NCBI RefSeq assembly: GCF_032191835.1
Contig: NC_083236.1
Coordinates: 45,756,001-45,820,000, forward strand
Reading direction: 5' to 3'
From: Heteronotia binoei
Taxonomy: Eukaryota
Length of the DNA: 64,000 nucleotides
This document shows positions 46,116 to 58,209 of this stretch, piece after piece (position 1 is the stretch's first letter; the number at the start of each line of letters is the position of its first letter). The translations under genes and the position numbers were made by a program. The notes beneath the pieces are model-generated. The model had not been told where the DNA came from. It ran no database searches and saw nothing but the letters and a program-made list of their open reading frames with translations.

Positions 46116-48302
46116 TCAGTGTTGTCTGCTCTCCCAGGTGGCAGCTTGGAGGAGAGTATTTCCTTAACACCAGTGGCATTAAACCCTTTTAAAAGAAGAT
46201 GCCAGAGGCTGAACCTGAGACTTTTTTACATGCAGAGCAGATCTATCACAGACCCCCATCCCCCAGTAAATTAACATGTAAAATTGCCATACACCAACAT
46301 CAGACCATTATGGGCCCACCTAGTTCAGTATTATCTACCCAGATTGGTGGCAACTTTCCAGAGCCTGGGGCAGATTTCCCTGAGATGCCAGGAACAAAAG
46401 CCAGTGTGGTGTTGTGGTAAGTGTGTCAGACTAGGAACTGGGAGACCCAGGTTCGAATCCCCACTCTGCCATGGGAGGTTGCTAGATGTGTGACCTTGGG
46501 CCACTCACACACTCTCAGCCTAACCTACTGCATAGGGCTTTTGTGAGGGGAGAGAAGAACAATCTAAGCTGCTTTAGTCCCCCATGGGGGAGGGTTTTGT
46601 GACGTTCCTGCATTGTGCAGGGGGCTGGACTAGATGACCCTGGAGGTCCCTTCCAACACCATGATTCTATGAAATAAAATTGACCCAGGGAATTTATATA
46701 TGTAGAGCTGTGGTCCTTCCCCTCAATACTGTCCTAAGTATACTTATTATACTGGCATATGTTTGGCTCTTTTGTGGGTGTGGAAAAGAAAACAAGAGAT
46801 TTCCCAACAGCAAGCCAAAGGACAAAAGACCTAGATAAATGCCCAATGTCTTCAGATCAGTTTCCCCCAACAACACTCCCAGGCCAAGAGCCATTGTTCA
46901 AAAGAAGGACTTAAGCTGGGTAAATCTTGGGCCTTTGTTCTTACTGATAAGAAGCAGGGGATCAGCCAAGGCTCTGGAACAGTCTGCTCTGACCTGTAGT
47001 GGTGGGTTGGTGGACCACGCAGCGCTGCTTGTCCTCCTTTAGCTGCAGTTGCTAGGTTACTCCCGGACTGTACTATTCTGAACACTCCATTGGAAGTTGC
47101 TAAGCCCTGTCTCCCCTGCAGCGATGTGTATTTGACCATCTTAATAAATATAGCCAAGAGGCTAAGCGACTTAAGTAGTATATGAAATCAGGAAATATCT
47201 GGTTTGAAATCTCACCTTTGTCTTCAGGCAAGCCTTTCTCTCTTGGCTCTTCACCTTCAAATTCAGAGATGATAATATTGGCTTTCCTGGAAAATGGTGG
47301 CTATTCATTTTAAAGTATTTGTCTGAGATCATGGTTTCTCTATTTTAAATTTATTAAGGATTGATTAACCTCCTGTTGCAGGTTGTTGTTGTTTTTTAAT
47401 TGGCTCTGGCACTGGAAAATAGCTAAACTAAGTGCCAGACAAAGAGACAGGGGAAACAAGGTGCTTTCTGTAGGTTTACCAACTCTTAGCTGGCAAACTT
47501 CTGGAGATTTGGGAATAGAGCTCTTGGCGGAGAGTCAGGTTTGGGGGAAGGGGGGGGGCTCATTTCACCAATCTCCAGGTGGTGACTGGAGATCTCCCAC
47601 TAAATTCACAACTGAACTCCAGGCGACAGAGCTCTGTTCACCTGGAGAAAAGAGCTGCTTTGGAAGGTGGACTCTGTGGCATTATGCCCCATTGATGTCC
47701 CCCTCCCAACCCTGCCCTCCTCAGTCTCTACCTCCAAAATCTTAAGGTATTTCTCTACCCAGAGCTGGCAACCTGGGTATAATGCTACAGAACCCACTCT
47801 CTAATGTGGCTGGTTGTTCCAGGGGAACTAATGTCTGGAGATCAGTTGTAATTCTGGGAGATCTCCAGGCGCCAATCGGAGGTTGGCAACTGTAATCCAT
47901 GGGCAAGCTTCAACGTGAACAGAACAGGTGCAACTAGACTTCCAAGAAGATAGCGTATGGGAAGTGCTTGTGTGTGAATTTAGTGCTGCTGTATCAGTCG
48001 TCGACAACTGGGTTGTCTTGTCCATGCTTGAAAATTCAGTTGTGAATAGTTGTTATAGCGCAACGGTACTGGCATAATATCCAAGTGTGTGAACGCAGCC
48101 ACAGCCTCTCATATATGATTATATTGTGAACCTATTATCGCAACAAACCAGCAATATAAGCTGTTTTTAAAAAACCAATAAATTGTTGCTTTTTTAAAAA
48201 AAAAAGTGCTTGTTTTTCTTTTTTATTTAAGACAATGTAAAATGCAGAGTTTGAAGAACGAAAACTTTCATGATTTCGTTTCTTTCCATTTCAATGACTT
48301 AC

Positions 48303-48720
48303 GGACACTTTATCCTAGTACAGTGACGGCTCAAAAGTCAGAAACTTAAACTGTTGTGCCTTCAGGGGAAGGAAATAGGGGTTGAAAATAAAGTGAAAAG
48401 CTAACGACGGTTCTTTCACGGTTACGCAAGAATTTCCTCTCCCTTTACGTTGCTGCTATAAAAAATGCAAAATCTGATAAGATGTAGAGCTGCTGAAGTT
48501 CTCCTTAGTCCTGATATTTCGGACCACAGAAGGGAAAAACTACCCTTCCCATCAGCCTCTGTTTCTCTTCCCGCCGGCGACTGGAAGTAACTGTTGCTTA
48601 GAAACGGGAGGCGGGGAGATCAACTGCTTGGGACTTTGCAGTTTGAGCCACGCAGTGCTCGCAAAGGATACCCAAAATTGTGAGTTGGGGGCAAATCCCG
48701 GGTGGGGAGGCGGGAATGGG
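48303..48720. promoter_or_regulatory. Bidirectional promoter with divergent non-coding first exons of C16orf86 (-) and ENKD1 (+)
   Basis: Locally CpG-retaining; minus donor GTAAGT at 48302-48297; plus donor GTGAGT at 48680; X-box-like GTTGCTTAGAAAC at 48593-48605; GC box GGGAGGCGGGG just after it. Confidence 0.65.
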
Positions 48721-49514
48721 CTTAGCCTAGCCGCGATTGGGAGATCTTGCTCCGGTTTAACTGAGAAAAGATCTGGAGGTTGCTAGAACAGGAAGCAGCT
48801 CGATGCTGGGGTTGACAGCTGACCCTTCTTAAAAGGATTTGCTGCCCTCGACTCCCAGCTTTTGCTTGTGCTGCTGCTTCTTGATTTATGAAATCCACGC
48901 AGCGCACTAGTTGTAAAAGGCTCTTCTGGAAAAAACTTTTGTCAGAGAAGGTAGAGGCTGTGATATGTAGTGGTCAGAGTAGGATCTGGGAAACCCACGT
49001 TCTAATCCTCTCTGCTTGCTGGGTGACCTTGGGCCGGTTGCTTACTCTCAGCTTGATCTTACTTTGCAGGGTCATTGAGAGGATAAAATGGAGGAAAGGA
49101 GAATTAGGCATTCTGGACGCAACTCTGAGCTCCTTGTGGGGGATGAGGAAGATGAAAGAGAAGTGTGCCGAATGAATAATAGCAAAGGTTATGCTGAGCA
49201 GGCAGCATACTTAGGGACAGAGTGTGTTCTGATCACTCACATTTTCTTATGACCAGTGTTCCCTCTAAGCTGAGTTAGCGTGAGCTGGCTCACAGATTTT
49301 TAGCCTCCAGCTCACACGTTTTTGTCTTAGCTTAGAAAGGATGACCCCAGAGCACACTAATTTATGCAGTAGCTCACAGCTTTAATGCCAGTAGCTCACA
49401 AAGTAGAATTTTTGCTCACAAGACTGCAGCTTAAAGGAAAATGTAAATGCTGGGCCACTTCATGCAGCACTCCTTCGGATTGTGGATTTTGCTTTTGCCA
49501 AGTTGTAAACCATG

Positions 49515-49830
49515 CTGAGTCCAGTAGCACCTTTAAGAGCAACAAAGTTATATTGAGAATGTAGGCTGTCATGTGCTAAAAGCACACTTCAGACACTGAA
49601 ATGGGGTACAGTTAGCAGCGCTACATATAGCTTGTGGGTAGCGGTTAAGCATGCAAAATAGTATAAAGTTGGAATCCAATGGCAAGATAGTGACATTAAC
49701 AAATTGAAGGAATAGTATAAGTTGCATGGGAAAATAGCAAAAGGCAATAAACTAGTCAGAATTGGAGAATGAAGTCGAAAAGAGTAAGAGTCCAGTAGCG
49801 TCTCGAAGACTAGCAAAATTTGTGGTAGGG
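49515..49830 (-). mobile_element. Penelope-like fragment with partly tandem termini
   Basis: gagtccagtagcacctttaagagcaac...gagtccagtagcgtctcgaagactagc. Confidence 0.6.
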
Positions 49831-49839
49831 TAGGAGTTA

Positions 49840-50141
49840 AGGAGCCCCGTGACGCAGAGTGGTAAGCTGCAGTACTGCAGTCCAAGCTCTGCTCATGCCC
49901 TGAGTTTGATCCCAGTGGAAGCTGATTTCAGGTAGCTAGCCACGTCTCAAGGTTGACTCACCCTTCCATCCTTCCGAGGTCGGTAAAATGAGTACCCAGC
50001 TTGCTGAGGGGGAAGTGTAGATGACTGGGGAAGGCAATGGCAAACCACCGTGTAAAAAAAAGTCTGCCGTGAAAATGTTGTGATACGTCACGCCAGAGTC
50101 GGAAACGACTGGTGCTTGCACAGGGGACTACCTTTACCTTT
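49840..50141 (+). mobile_element. Full-length Sauria SINE
   Basis: tRNA-like head (cagagtggtaag...gagtttgatccc), Sauria body, and a BovB-type ACCTTT tail. Confidence 0.88.
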
Positions 50142-51819
50142 ATGAGTTTTCATGAGTCACTGCTCACTTCTTCAGATAACTTGTGAACAGGCTGATGCTT
50201 TGCTGTGTCCAGAATATAGCCCAATGCCAGGACATCTTCAGAGACTTCGGGAACTGTGTGTAAGGCATTTGGTCAGCCTGCTTCCAAGAGGCATGGTCTA
50301 CTGTCAGTGGAACGGCTGTGAGCCACATAATTAGATGTACACGAATTAGTCAGTTGTGTTTGCATTTCACCCCTTCCACCAGGAGCTTGGCATGGCATGT
50401 GTGGTTTTACCTTTTTATCCTTAACAACAATCCTGCAAGGAAGGCTAAGCTTAGAGACTGTGACTGCCCAAGACAGTTCTGTGCAGGAAGGGATCAAAGG
50501 TGCAAAATATTAGTATGCTTTAGGACCATTCATTCGCTGCACTCTTTCTGTGGAGCTCGGGACAGTGTTTGTGATTCTGTCTTCCACCTTATTATCTCTA
50601 CAACAACCACCGTCTGAAGTAGGCTAAGGTGGGGGAGAGCAGAGCTGGCCCTGCTTCTCGGCAAAACTAGGTGATTGCCTAGGGCACCAGCCTTCTAAGG
50701 GAATTGGGCACCCCATGTGACTCGGTGATGTTATCAGTGCAGGGGGGTGGGGCACTAGAAGTTAGCCTTGCCTGGGGTCCCAGACAGTCTAGAGCTGGCC
50801 CCCAAGAGCTTTGCATCTCTCTCCAGAGGGGGGGAACGGCCTCTATCCTTCAGGGTTACAACAAACATACACTTGATGGTCTCTCTTAACATCTTGGTTG
50901 GTATAGAAGCTAAGGCCTTTATCACAACTTGACAGTTGGCTTTTCAGCTAAGCCACCTGTCCATTCATCGCACCATAATAATTGACCCCCAGGGCTTGCT
51001 TTCTTTTTTAAATTTGTAGCTGTAGCTTCCCAGGTTCAGGGCAAAAGATCCTTCTTGCCGCCGCTTGTTTGCTCACAGCTCTGAGCAGCCGTTTGCCCTC
51101 CAAGCTAACAGAATAAATATGTCTTTGCGCTGCGCCTTGGAAGGCGGCCAAAAGTGCCCTGCTTAGTGCTTTGGCTTTGTTTGGTTGGGGGGGAGGTTGT
51201 TTGTTTTACAAGAGAGGTGTGAGGAAGGGCTTTGGCCTTCTGCTGACGGAGGCAGGCTTGGCAGAGAGGCTGGCTTTGCTCCTAATTGTTTCCATCCTTC
51301 CTCTGCAAAGGGAGCAAGAACCTGCTTGCCTTTGGCCTCATCCAGGTAGGAGAAGCGATGCTGAAAAGGCACCTTTAAGAACACCTCCGAGGAGGAGGGA
51401 CCGGGAAGGTGAAAAGAAGCAGACGCTGCTGGAGTGGTTTTTTCTGCGGCTTGTGTGGCTGCTTGAGGGCTTTGTCTTGGGCTGCTGGGGTCACACCTGT
51501 TCTTGCAGGCAGAATTCCAAGGCTTTGTGTCCCTTTGTGTGTTTGGAGGCTGGCTCTCTTAGGCACACGCTGCCCACTTGGCCACGCAGGGAGAATGGCT
51601 CAGAAGTTACTGCCCTCGTTGCCAGAATATCTGTCAGCAGATGTTCCCCTTCTTTGTCAAGAGCGAAGCCCCAAGGGTCTTCTCCACGATGTTCGGTCAG
51701 AGGCTTCCGTGGGCTGTGCTTTTTCTCACTTGCTCGAAAGCTCATCCACCACACATAGAATGATGTTAAAAAGTAGATTACAGTAGGTGGACAAGAACTA
51801 GGAAATAGTTTTTAGTTTT

Positions 51820-52085
51820 ACTTAGACTTTCAGCAACAGCAATGAACAGGCAACTTTAATTACCTTTTATTGCTATCCAGACCGAATGGTCTTCCAATTT
51901 ATTACACTATTTTGCCATTTGATACTAACTTTGTATCAGTTTACACTCTTAACCCACCAACTACATGTATTTCAGCCCACTGTACCCTGTCCCCTCATCT
52001 GAAGAAGTGTGCATGCATACGAAAGCTGACATTCTGAATAAAACTTTGTTGGTCTTAATGGTGCAACTTGACTCCTACTTTGTTT
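51820..52085 (+). mobile_element. Penelope-like terminal repeat
   Basis: catctgaagaagtgtgcatgcatacgaaagct...aataaaactttgttggtctt. Confidence 0.72.
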
Positions 52086-52297
52086 CACCTCACAGCCTGT
52101 TTTTCTAGCACTTTTGAAAGCCGCCAGTGTGTCTGGGTGAGCCATCTGTGTCTCGAAAATGTGCTTCAGTAGGTAACAACGTCACTTGGTCATGTAACAG
52201 ATCTTTGAAGCCTGATTCCCCTGTGCCTAGGAACGAGGTGATCAACGGCTGTAGTGGGAGAGACGACAGGTCAGGCTATGGGCAGAGGGTCATATTT

Positions 52298-52545
52298 TAG
52301 AATCATAGAATGGGAAGGGACATCCGGGGTCATCTAGTCCAACCCCCTGCACAATGCAGGAAATTCACAAATACTCCCTCCCACATATCCAGTGACCCGT
52401 GCTCCATGCCCAGAGGAAGGCAAAAAAGTCTCCAGGATCCCTGGCCTAAGCAGCCTGGAGAAAAATTGCTTCCTGACCCCAGAGTGGCGATCAGCATTTC
52501 CCTGGGCATGTAAGAAAGGGACACTTGAGTACTAAGCACTGCTGT
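52298..52545 (-). mobile_element. CR1 3' tail
   Basis: Homologous to 40284-40530. Confidence 0.75.
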
Positions 52546-52970
52546 AATACTGCATTGATGCACTACACAGATGCAGAATTTCCCCCTTATGGTTAAAAAC
52601 TCCCTGCAGGTGGAAGACAAGCAAAGACAGAGGAAAGAACCTTCATTTCTACTGTTCTAGTTTTTCCTTTGCCTGGATTTTTTTTAATGCAAAGAAATAT
52701 ACAAAGCTGGAATCCCTCATGTTACCACTTTGACATTCTACTGCTTCGTTTTCTTGCACGTGAATGCCTGAAGCTGCCTTATACTGAGTCAGACCTTTGG
52801 TCTATCAGAGTTAGTGTTGGCTAGTCAGACTTGGAGCAGCTCTCCAGATTCCCTGGAAGAGTCCTTTTACATCTCACCTGCTATGTGATCTTTTTAACTG
52901 AAGATGCTGGAGGTTGAGCCTGGGATCTTCTGCATGCCAAGCAGAAACCCAAGTTGAAAATCCACTGGTG

Positions 52971-53324
52971 CAGACCTGGATTAACAATTAGGCCAAGTAG
53001 ACACTGGCCTGTGGGCCCCCATACCTTTAGGGACCCCAGATCAGCTCTCCCACCCCCTGCTTGCAGCCCTCCCAGCCTGCACCTGCAGCCAGCAACTGAA
53101 CTGCTCTTTGCCCAACTTGCTTGGTGCAGCTGCTGCTGCCGTTGTCACCAAGTTTGCCTCTCTCTGCCTCTACCTTGCAGCTTAGTAAAAGGGACTTTTA
53201 AGAAGATGGCTGCAGTGGGGGCTGTGGGCAGCAGGGCAGGTGTTCAGACTCTGAGATAATTTGCAAGGGGGGCTCCCAAGGTTTCGACTGCCTAGGGGCC
53301 TCCACAGGGTTTAATCCGGCACTG
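52971..53324. mobile_element. MITE family D
   Basis: Homologous to 10513-10850; flanks cactggtg/cgttggtg. Confidence 0.65.
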
Positions 53325-53349
53325 CGTTGGTGTTAGGTCCATAAATAAG

Positions 53350-54443
53350 AAGACCGCAGATTTATACCCCGCCCTTCTCTCTGAATCAGAGACTCAGAGC
53401 GGCTTACAATCTCCTATATCTTCTCCCCCAACAACTGGCACCCTGTGAGGTGAATGGGGCTGAGAGAGCTCTCACAGAGAAGCTGCCGTTTCAAGGACAA
53501 CCTCTGCCAGAGCTATGGCTAACCCAAGGCCATTCCAGCAGGCTTCAAGTGGAGGAGTGGGGAATCAAACCCGGTTCACCCAGATAAGAGTCTACACACT
53601 TAACCACTACACCAAACTGGTGTATTACGACTGTGGCTACAGTTGGAAAGGGCCTTTGGTTGGCCTGGGAGGGGTACTGGAATCACCTCAGCAATGACAC
53701 GTCTTTAACGGCAGAAGCGGCAACAAGAGACCTGTTTCAGCTGCCTGGGACTTCCAAAGCTGAATTGGCTGCTTCTGTGAGGCAGACCCCCCCCCTGGCC
53801 TGGGTGGGCCAGGCTAGCCCGATCTTGCCAGACTTCGGAAGCTAAGCAGGGTCAGCCCTGGTTTGTGCTTGGATGGGAGACCACCAAGAAAGTCCATGGT
53901 CACCATGCAGAGGCAGGCAATGGCAAACCACCTCTGAATGTTTCTCGCCTTGAGAACCCTACAGGGTTGCCATGAGTCACTTGAAATGATTGCACCCTTA
54001 TCTTAGAGTCTCAGAGTGTCCTGCCATCTCCTGCCTTTCTTCTCTCCACAACAGACACCCTGTGAGGGTGGTGGGGCTGAGAGAGCTCTGAGGAAGCTGC
54101 TTTTGGGAGAACAGCTCTGAAGAAACTTGTGACCAATGCGCCCTCTAAGCTGTGGAGTCTTGTGAGCAAAAATTCTACTTTGTGAACTACTGGCACTAAA
54201 GTTGTGAGTGAGCAAGCTGGCTACTGCATAAATTTGTTTGTTCTGGGGCCATCCTTCCTGAGCTGAGACAAAAATGTGTGCTCTCGAGGCTAAACAATTG
54301 TGAGCTAGCTCACACTGACTTGGCTTAGAGGGAATACTGCTTGTGACTGACCCAAGGTCACCCAGCTGGCTCCATGTGGAGGAGTGGGGAATCAAACCTG
54401 GTTCTCTAGATTAGAGTCCATGGCTCTTAACCACTACACCACA
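53350..54443. mobile_element. SINE cluster: two Squam-like SINEs (-), one 5S-Sauria-like SINE (+) and a nested family F MITE
   Basis: Similarity to the families described above. Confidence 0.72.
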
Positions 54444-54739
54444 GGAGCAGAGAGCAGAAGCAAGTTGCCTGTGTGAAGGTTCAGAATGTGGTAGGACGGC
54501 AAGAAAGCAACACAACGCAGAAGATGTTGGGCAGATCTAGTTTTGTGCTGTTTGTTGTGTTGATTCTGTGCTGATCCAAGGGTTATTTTTGTCTTTGCAG
54601 CAGCAGTAGTTCCTCTCTATCACCTTGTCCCCTCTTACATTGGTTACACTTCTACGCTGACTTGTACAGACAGTGCCCTGCACGAGAGGCCAAAGAAAAA
54701 CAAGATATTGCACTTCTTGGCTGCAGAGCGGAAGCTGAG

Positions 54740-54824
54740 ATGTCAGAGGGGCCATCCAGGATCACGGGGCCTATTCCTCCAGACCCCACCCTTTGCCCGG
54801 ATTACTACAGACGACCCCTGTCAG
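54740..54824 (+). CDS. ENKD1: Enkurin domain-containing protein 1, first coding exon
   Basis: MSEGPSRITGPIPPDPTLCPDYYRRPLS (human recalled MCEGPSRISGPIPPDPTLCPDNYRRPTS); donor CAG|GTGGGT; 85 nt. Confidence 0.95.
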
Positions 54825-54997
54825 GTGGGTGATCTTGAAAGATGCAGCAGTTTTTACATGTCCTGGAGTGGCAGCTGTTTGCTTGGGTGGGGAGGGGAGT
54901 CATCTTTCTTTTCATTAAGTGTTAATACCTCTGAGGAACAGGGCATTCACTAGCCCTAACTAGAGTTCTCCCCAGAATCTAAAATGAAGCTATCATA

Positions 54998-55243
54998 GAA
55001 TAAAGCAAGAATCAAAATTCACCTTTAAGACCAACAAAGTTTTATTCAGAATCACAAAACTGAAAAATCCATAGGAGAACATTTTAACCTTCCAGACAGG
55101 AATCACAAAACTGAGAAATCCATAGACCATTTTAACCTTTCAGATGAAAGCTTACATTCTGAATAAAACTTTGTTGGTCTTAAAGGCACATCTTGACTCT
55201 TGCTTTGTTCTACTGCTTCAGACCGCCATGGCTGCCCACCTGG
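54998..55243. mobile_element. Inverted Penelope-like termini around a tandem-duplicated filler
   Basis: cacctttaagaccaacaaagttttattcagaat / attctgaataaaactttgttggtcttaaagg; flanked by a 14 bp direct repeat. Confidence 0.7.
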
Positions 55244-55648
55244 ATGAAGCTATCATACTTGGTCACATCATGAGATGACAAGACTCAGTGCAGAAGACAG
55301 TAATGCTTGGGAAATTTGAAGGCAGCAGGAAAAGACATGAGATGGATTTTCTTGATAAAGGCAGCCATGTGGCCCTCAGTTGGCAAGACCTGAGCAAGGC
55401 TGTGTTAACGATAGAATGTTAATTCATAGGGCCACCATAAGTCAGAAGTGAGTTGATGGCACTTCACACACATGCACACACACAGAGCTGTACTGCCTTC
55501 TGGGGTGTGGGATGGGGGGGAAAGATCATAGAGTTGGAAGGGACCTCAAGGGTCAGATTTTGCTGATACAGATATTTTATGGGTACAGCTAAAGCCCGGT
55601 GGGTGTGACTATGCAACTAAACATGATTCTCTCTTTCTATGCCTTTAG

Positions 55649-55873
55649 CCCGGGGAAGGCTGGAAGGGAACTCCTTGAAGCTGGATCTGCTCCCTGGGCC
55701 ACTTCCTCCAGACCCGACCCTCTACCCTACCCTGTACAGTGCGCGCCTCACCCAGCCCCCTCCGCGGATCAAGCCCAATGCCAAGGACATCCTGGAGGTG
55801 GGCCGCAAAGGTACTGTGGGAGCCCTGCTGCAGCTGGATGGAATTCCCTTCTTCCAGGAGTTGCCACCCAAAA
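55649..55873 (+). CDS. ENKD1: ENKD1 coding exon 2
   Basis: ARGRLEGNSLKLDLL...VGALLQLDGIPFFQELPPK; AG/GTAAGT boundaries; 225 nt, phase 1 to 1. Confidence 0.93.
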
Positions 55874-56623
55874 GTAAGTGGGAACAGCTGCATGGAGGCA
55901 GGTGCCAGGCTGCTGGTGCCAGTGTGGGGTGCGATGGGGTAAGGGTGGCAGTGGTTGAGAGAGGCTTTGCCCATGTTTGGTTGGTTGATTGGTTGTGCGT
56001 GCGGGTTTTTTGTTTTTTTTTTAAAACCACACCTGTACTCCTGTACGGCTGTACTATTCTTCTGTGCTATTCTGTAGTACCATCCTGGTATACTATTCTG
56101 TTATGTCATCCTGATGGACCATCCTGTTGTACTTTACTAAATGCTGTAACTGTTTTTTTTATTATGATTCTAATTTTATTGTGATTTTATTACTATTTAT
56201 GTTGTACTCCACTCTGAGCCTCCAAATGGGGGAAGAAGATGATGATGATATTGGATTTATATCCCGCCCTCCACTCTGAAGAGTCTCAGAGCGGCTCACA
56301 ATCTCCTTTACCTTCCTCCCCCACAACAGACACCCTGTGGGCATGGGCAGAATATAAATAAACTAATAATAATAACAATAATACATTTATATAGCGCTTT
56401 TTCTGCCAATGCACTCAAAGTGGTTTACTGTTTAAAATAACAGGATCACAGACAGGATAGGCAGGATATGTATGTATTTTCTATTATTTTTTAAACATAA
56501 AAATAGTGTATGGCAAGCAGAGGTGGTTGGTCATTGCCTTCCTCGGCAGAGCCTTCTGTGGCAGTTCCCCATCCAAATACCAACCCTGCTTAGCGTCTAA
56601 GATCTGATAAGATTGGGCTATAC

Positions 56624-56997
56624 CAGGGGTGGCCAAACTTACTTAACGCAAGAGCCACATAGAATAAACATCAGATTTTTNNNNNNNNNNNNNNNNNNNN
56701 NNNNNNNNNNNNNNNNNNNNNNNNNNNNNNNNNNNNNNNNNNNNNNNNNNNNNNNNNNNNNNNNNNNNNNNNNNNNNNNNNNNNNNNNNNNNNNNNNNNN
56801 NNNNNNNNNNNNNNNAGATGGAAAAAAAGCTACTTTACCTTTGAATGCATTCTCCAAGCTGCCAACTGGCTTGGCTTGGAGAAGTGATTTAAAGAGACAA
56901 ATGCCTTCTCCAAGCTGGGTGGTGGGGGCTTCGAGAACCACACAATATGTGTGAAAGAGCCACATGTGGCTCCTGAGCTGCAGTTTAGCCACTCCTG
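56624..56997. mobile_element. hAT MITE family A inserted in a 5S-derived SINE, spanning the assembly gap
   Basis: TSD ggctatac/ggctatgc. Confidence 0.8.
56681..56815. other. Assembly gap (135 N)
   Basis: Run of N at the position where sister MITE copies carry a (GGAA)n tract. Confidence 0.99.
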
Positions 56998-57057
56998 GGC
57001 TATGCATTCTGCACTGTTCCACATTCCAGTAGGCATGACACAAAAGGAATAGTGAAT

Positions 57058-57270
57058 GGGGAGAGCTCAGTAGAAGAGCCTCTGCTTTGCATGCCAAAGG
57101 TCCCAGGTTCAATCCCAGGAAACTCCAGCAAAAAAGACCAGATAGAAGGTGATGTGAAAGACCTCAACCTGAGACCCTGGAAAGCCACTGCCAATCTAAG
57201 TAGACAGTACTGAACTTGATGGACTGATGGTCTCATTCAGTACAAGGCGGCTTCATGCGTGTTCATGTGT
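57058..57270 (+). mobile_element. tRNA-head SINE (gctcagt...ggttcaatccc)
   Basis: Pol III A/B boxes; related minus-strand copies at ~52785-52946 and ~59020-59192. Confidence 0.72.
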
Positions 57271-58209
57271 GGAGGGGAAACAAGCTAATTCAGAGACCTA
57301 TGAAATGAACAGCTGGTGAAAGAGACAGTTCTGGGACAGGAAGAGCCAAATGGCAATGGATCCCTGCCAAGTCGACAGAGCAAGGCATTGCTGAATTGCC
57401 TCTCTTCAGATTGCTATTTGAGTGGCCGTAAAGTGCATGTGATGTTTTTCATACCCTGAGCACTGTGGCTTTGTCGCCAAACAGTGCCATCCTCGTCAGA
57501 GTGGTACCTTTCAAAGCCCACTGAAGTCGGTGGGCTTTGAAGGATGTAACTGCGCCGAGGATTGCACTCAGCTTGGAGATACTGAGAATGGGACACGGAA
57601 GACTGATTCTAACTCGGCGCCTCCTGTGCCATGGCCACTGAGTGACGCTTTGCTTTCCACCGCTAGTCCTCTGCACAGCGGGCGTCGTGTGCACCAGCTG
57701 CTTACCATGTGTGTGTGAGCCCAATCACGCGGAAGGCCTCGGTGCCAGGGCCAGCTGCTACTGAGAATGCAGATGGCAGGCATGGGGGCATCTTACGCTG
57801 TTGGACTGGCACACATGGTGCTTCTGTAGCAAAAAAAAAGATGCCGTCCAAGCTGGCACCAGATGAGATTTAGGGAGACGTTAGATGTCTCATTCTCTTC
57901 ACAGTGGCGATAGCAGGTCTTTCATCCACAGTGTGATCCCGGCTTTTCTGTTCGCTTTACATGAATGCATGCATGCAGGGCTTTTTTTGAGCAGGAATGC
58001 AGTTCCAGCTGGCTTGGCAGCAGGGGTGTGTGGCCTAATATGCAAATGAGTTCCTGCTGGGCTTTTTCTACCAAAAAAAAGCGCCCTGCATACATGCAAG
58101 TCAAAGGGTTGGTCATTTCATATTCTTGTCCCTCCTCATGTTTTTCAAGCAGGCTATCCTCACTTTTTAGCAGGTTATGTTTATATGTGAAAATGTTTTG
58201 TTTTGTTTT

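Noticed and set aside
51171-51758. 195 aa ORF in ENKD1 intron 1
   Set aside because: Non-ATG start, GC-rich, several overlapping ORFs on both strands, no homology; could be UTR exon or enhancer sequence, but unsupported.
55874-56184. Tail of ORF 55639-56184
   Set aside because: Intron read-through after the ENKD1 exon 2 donor.
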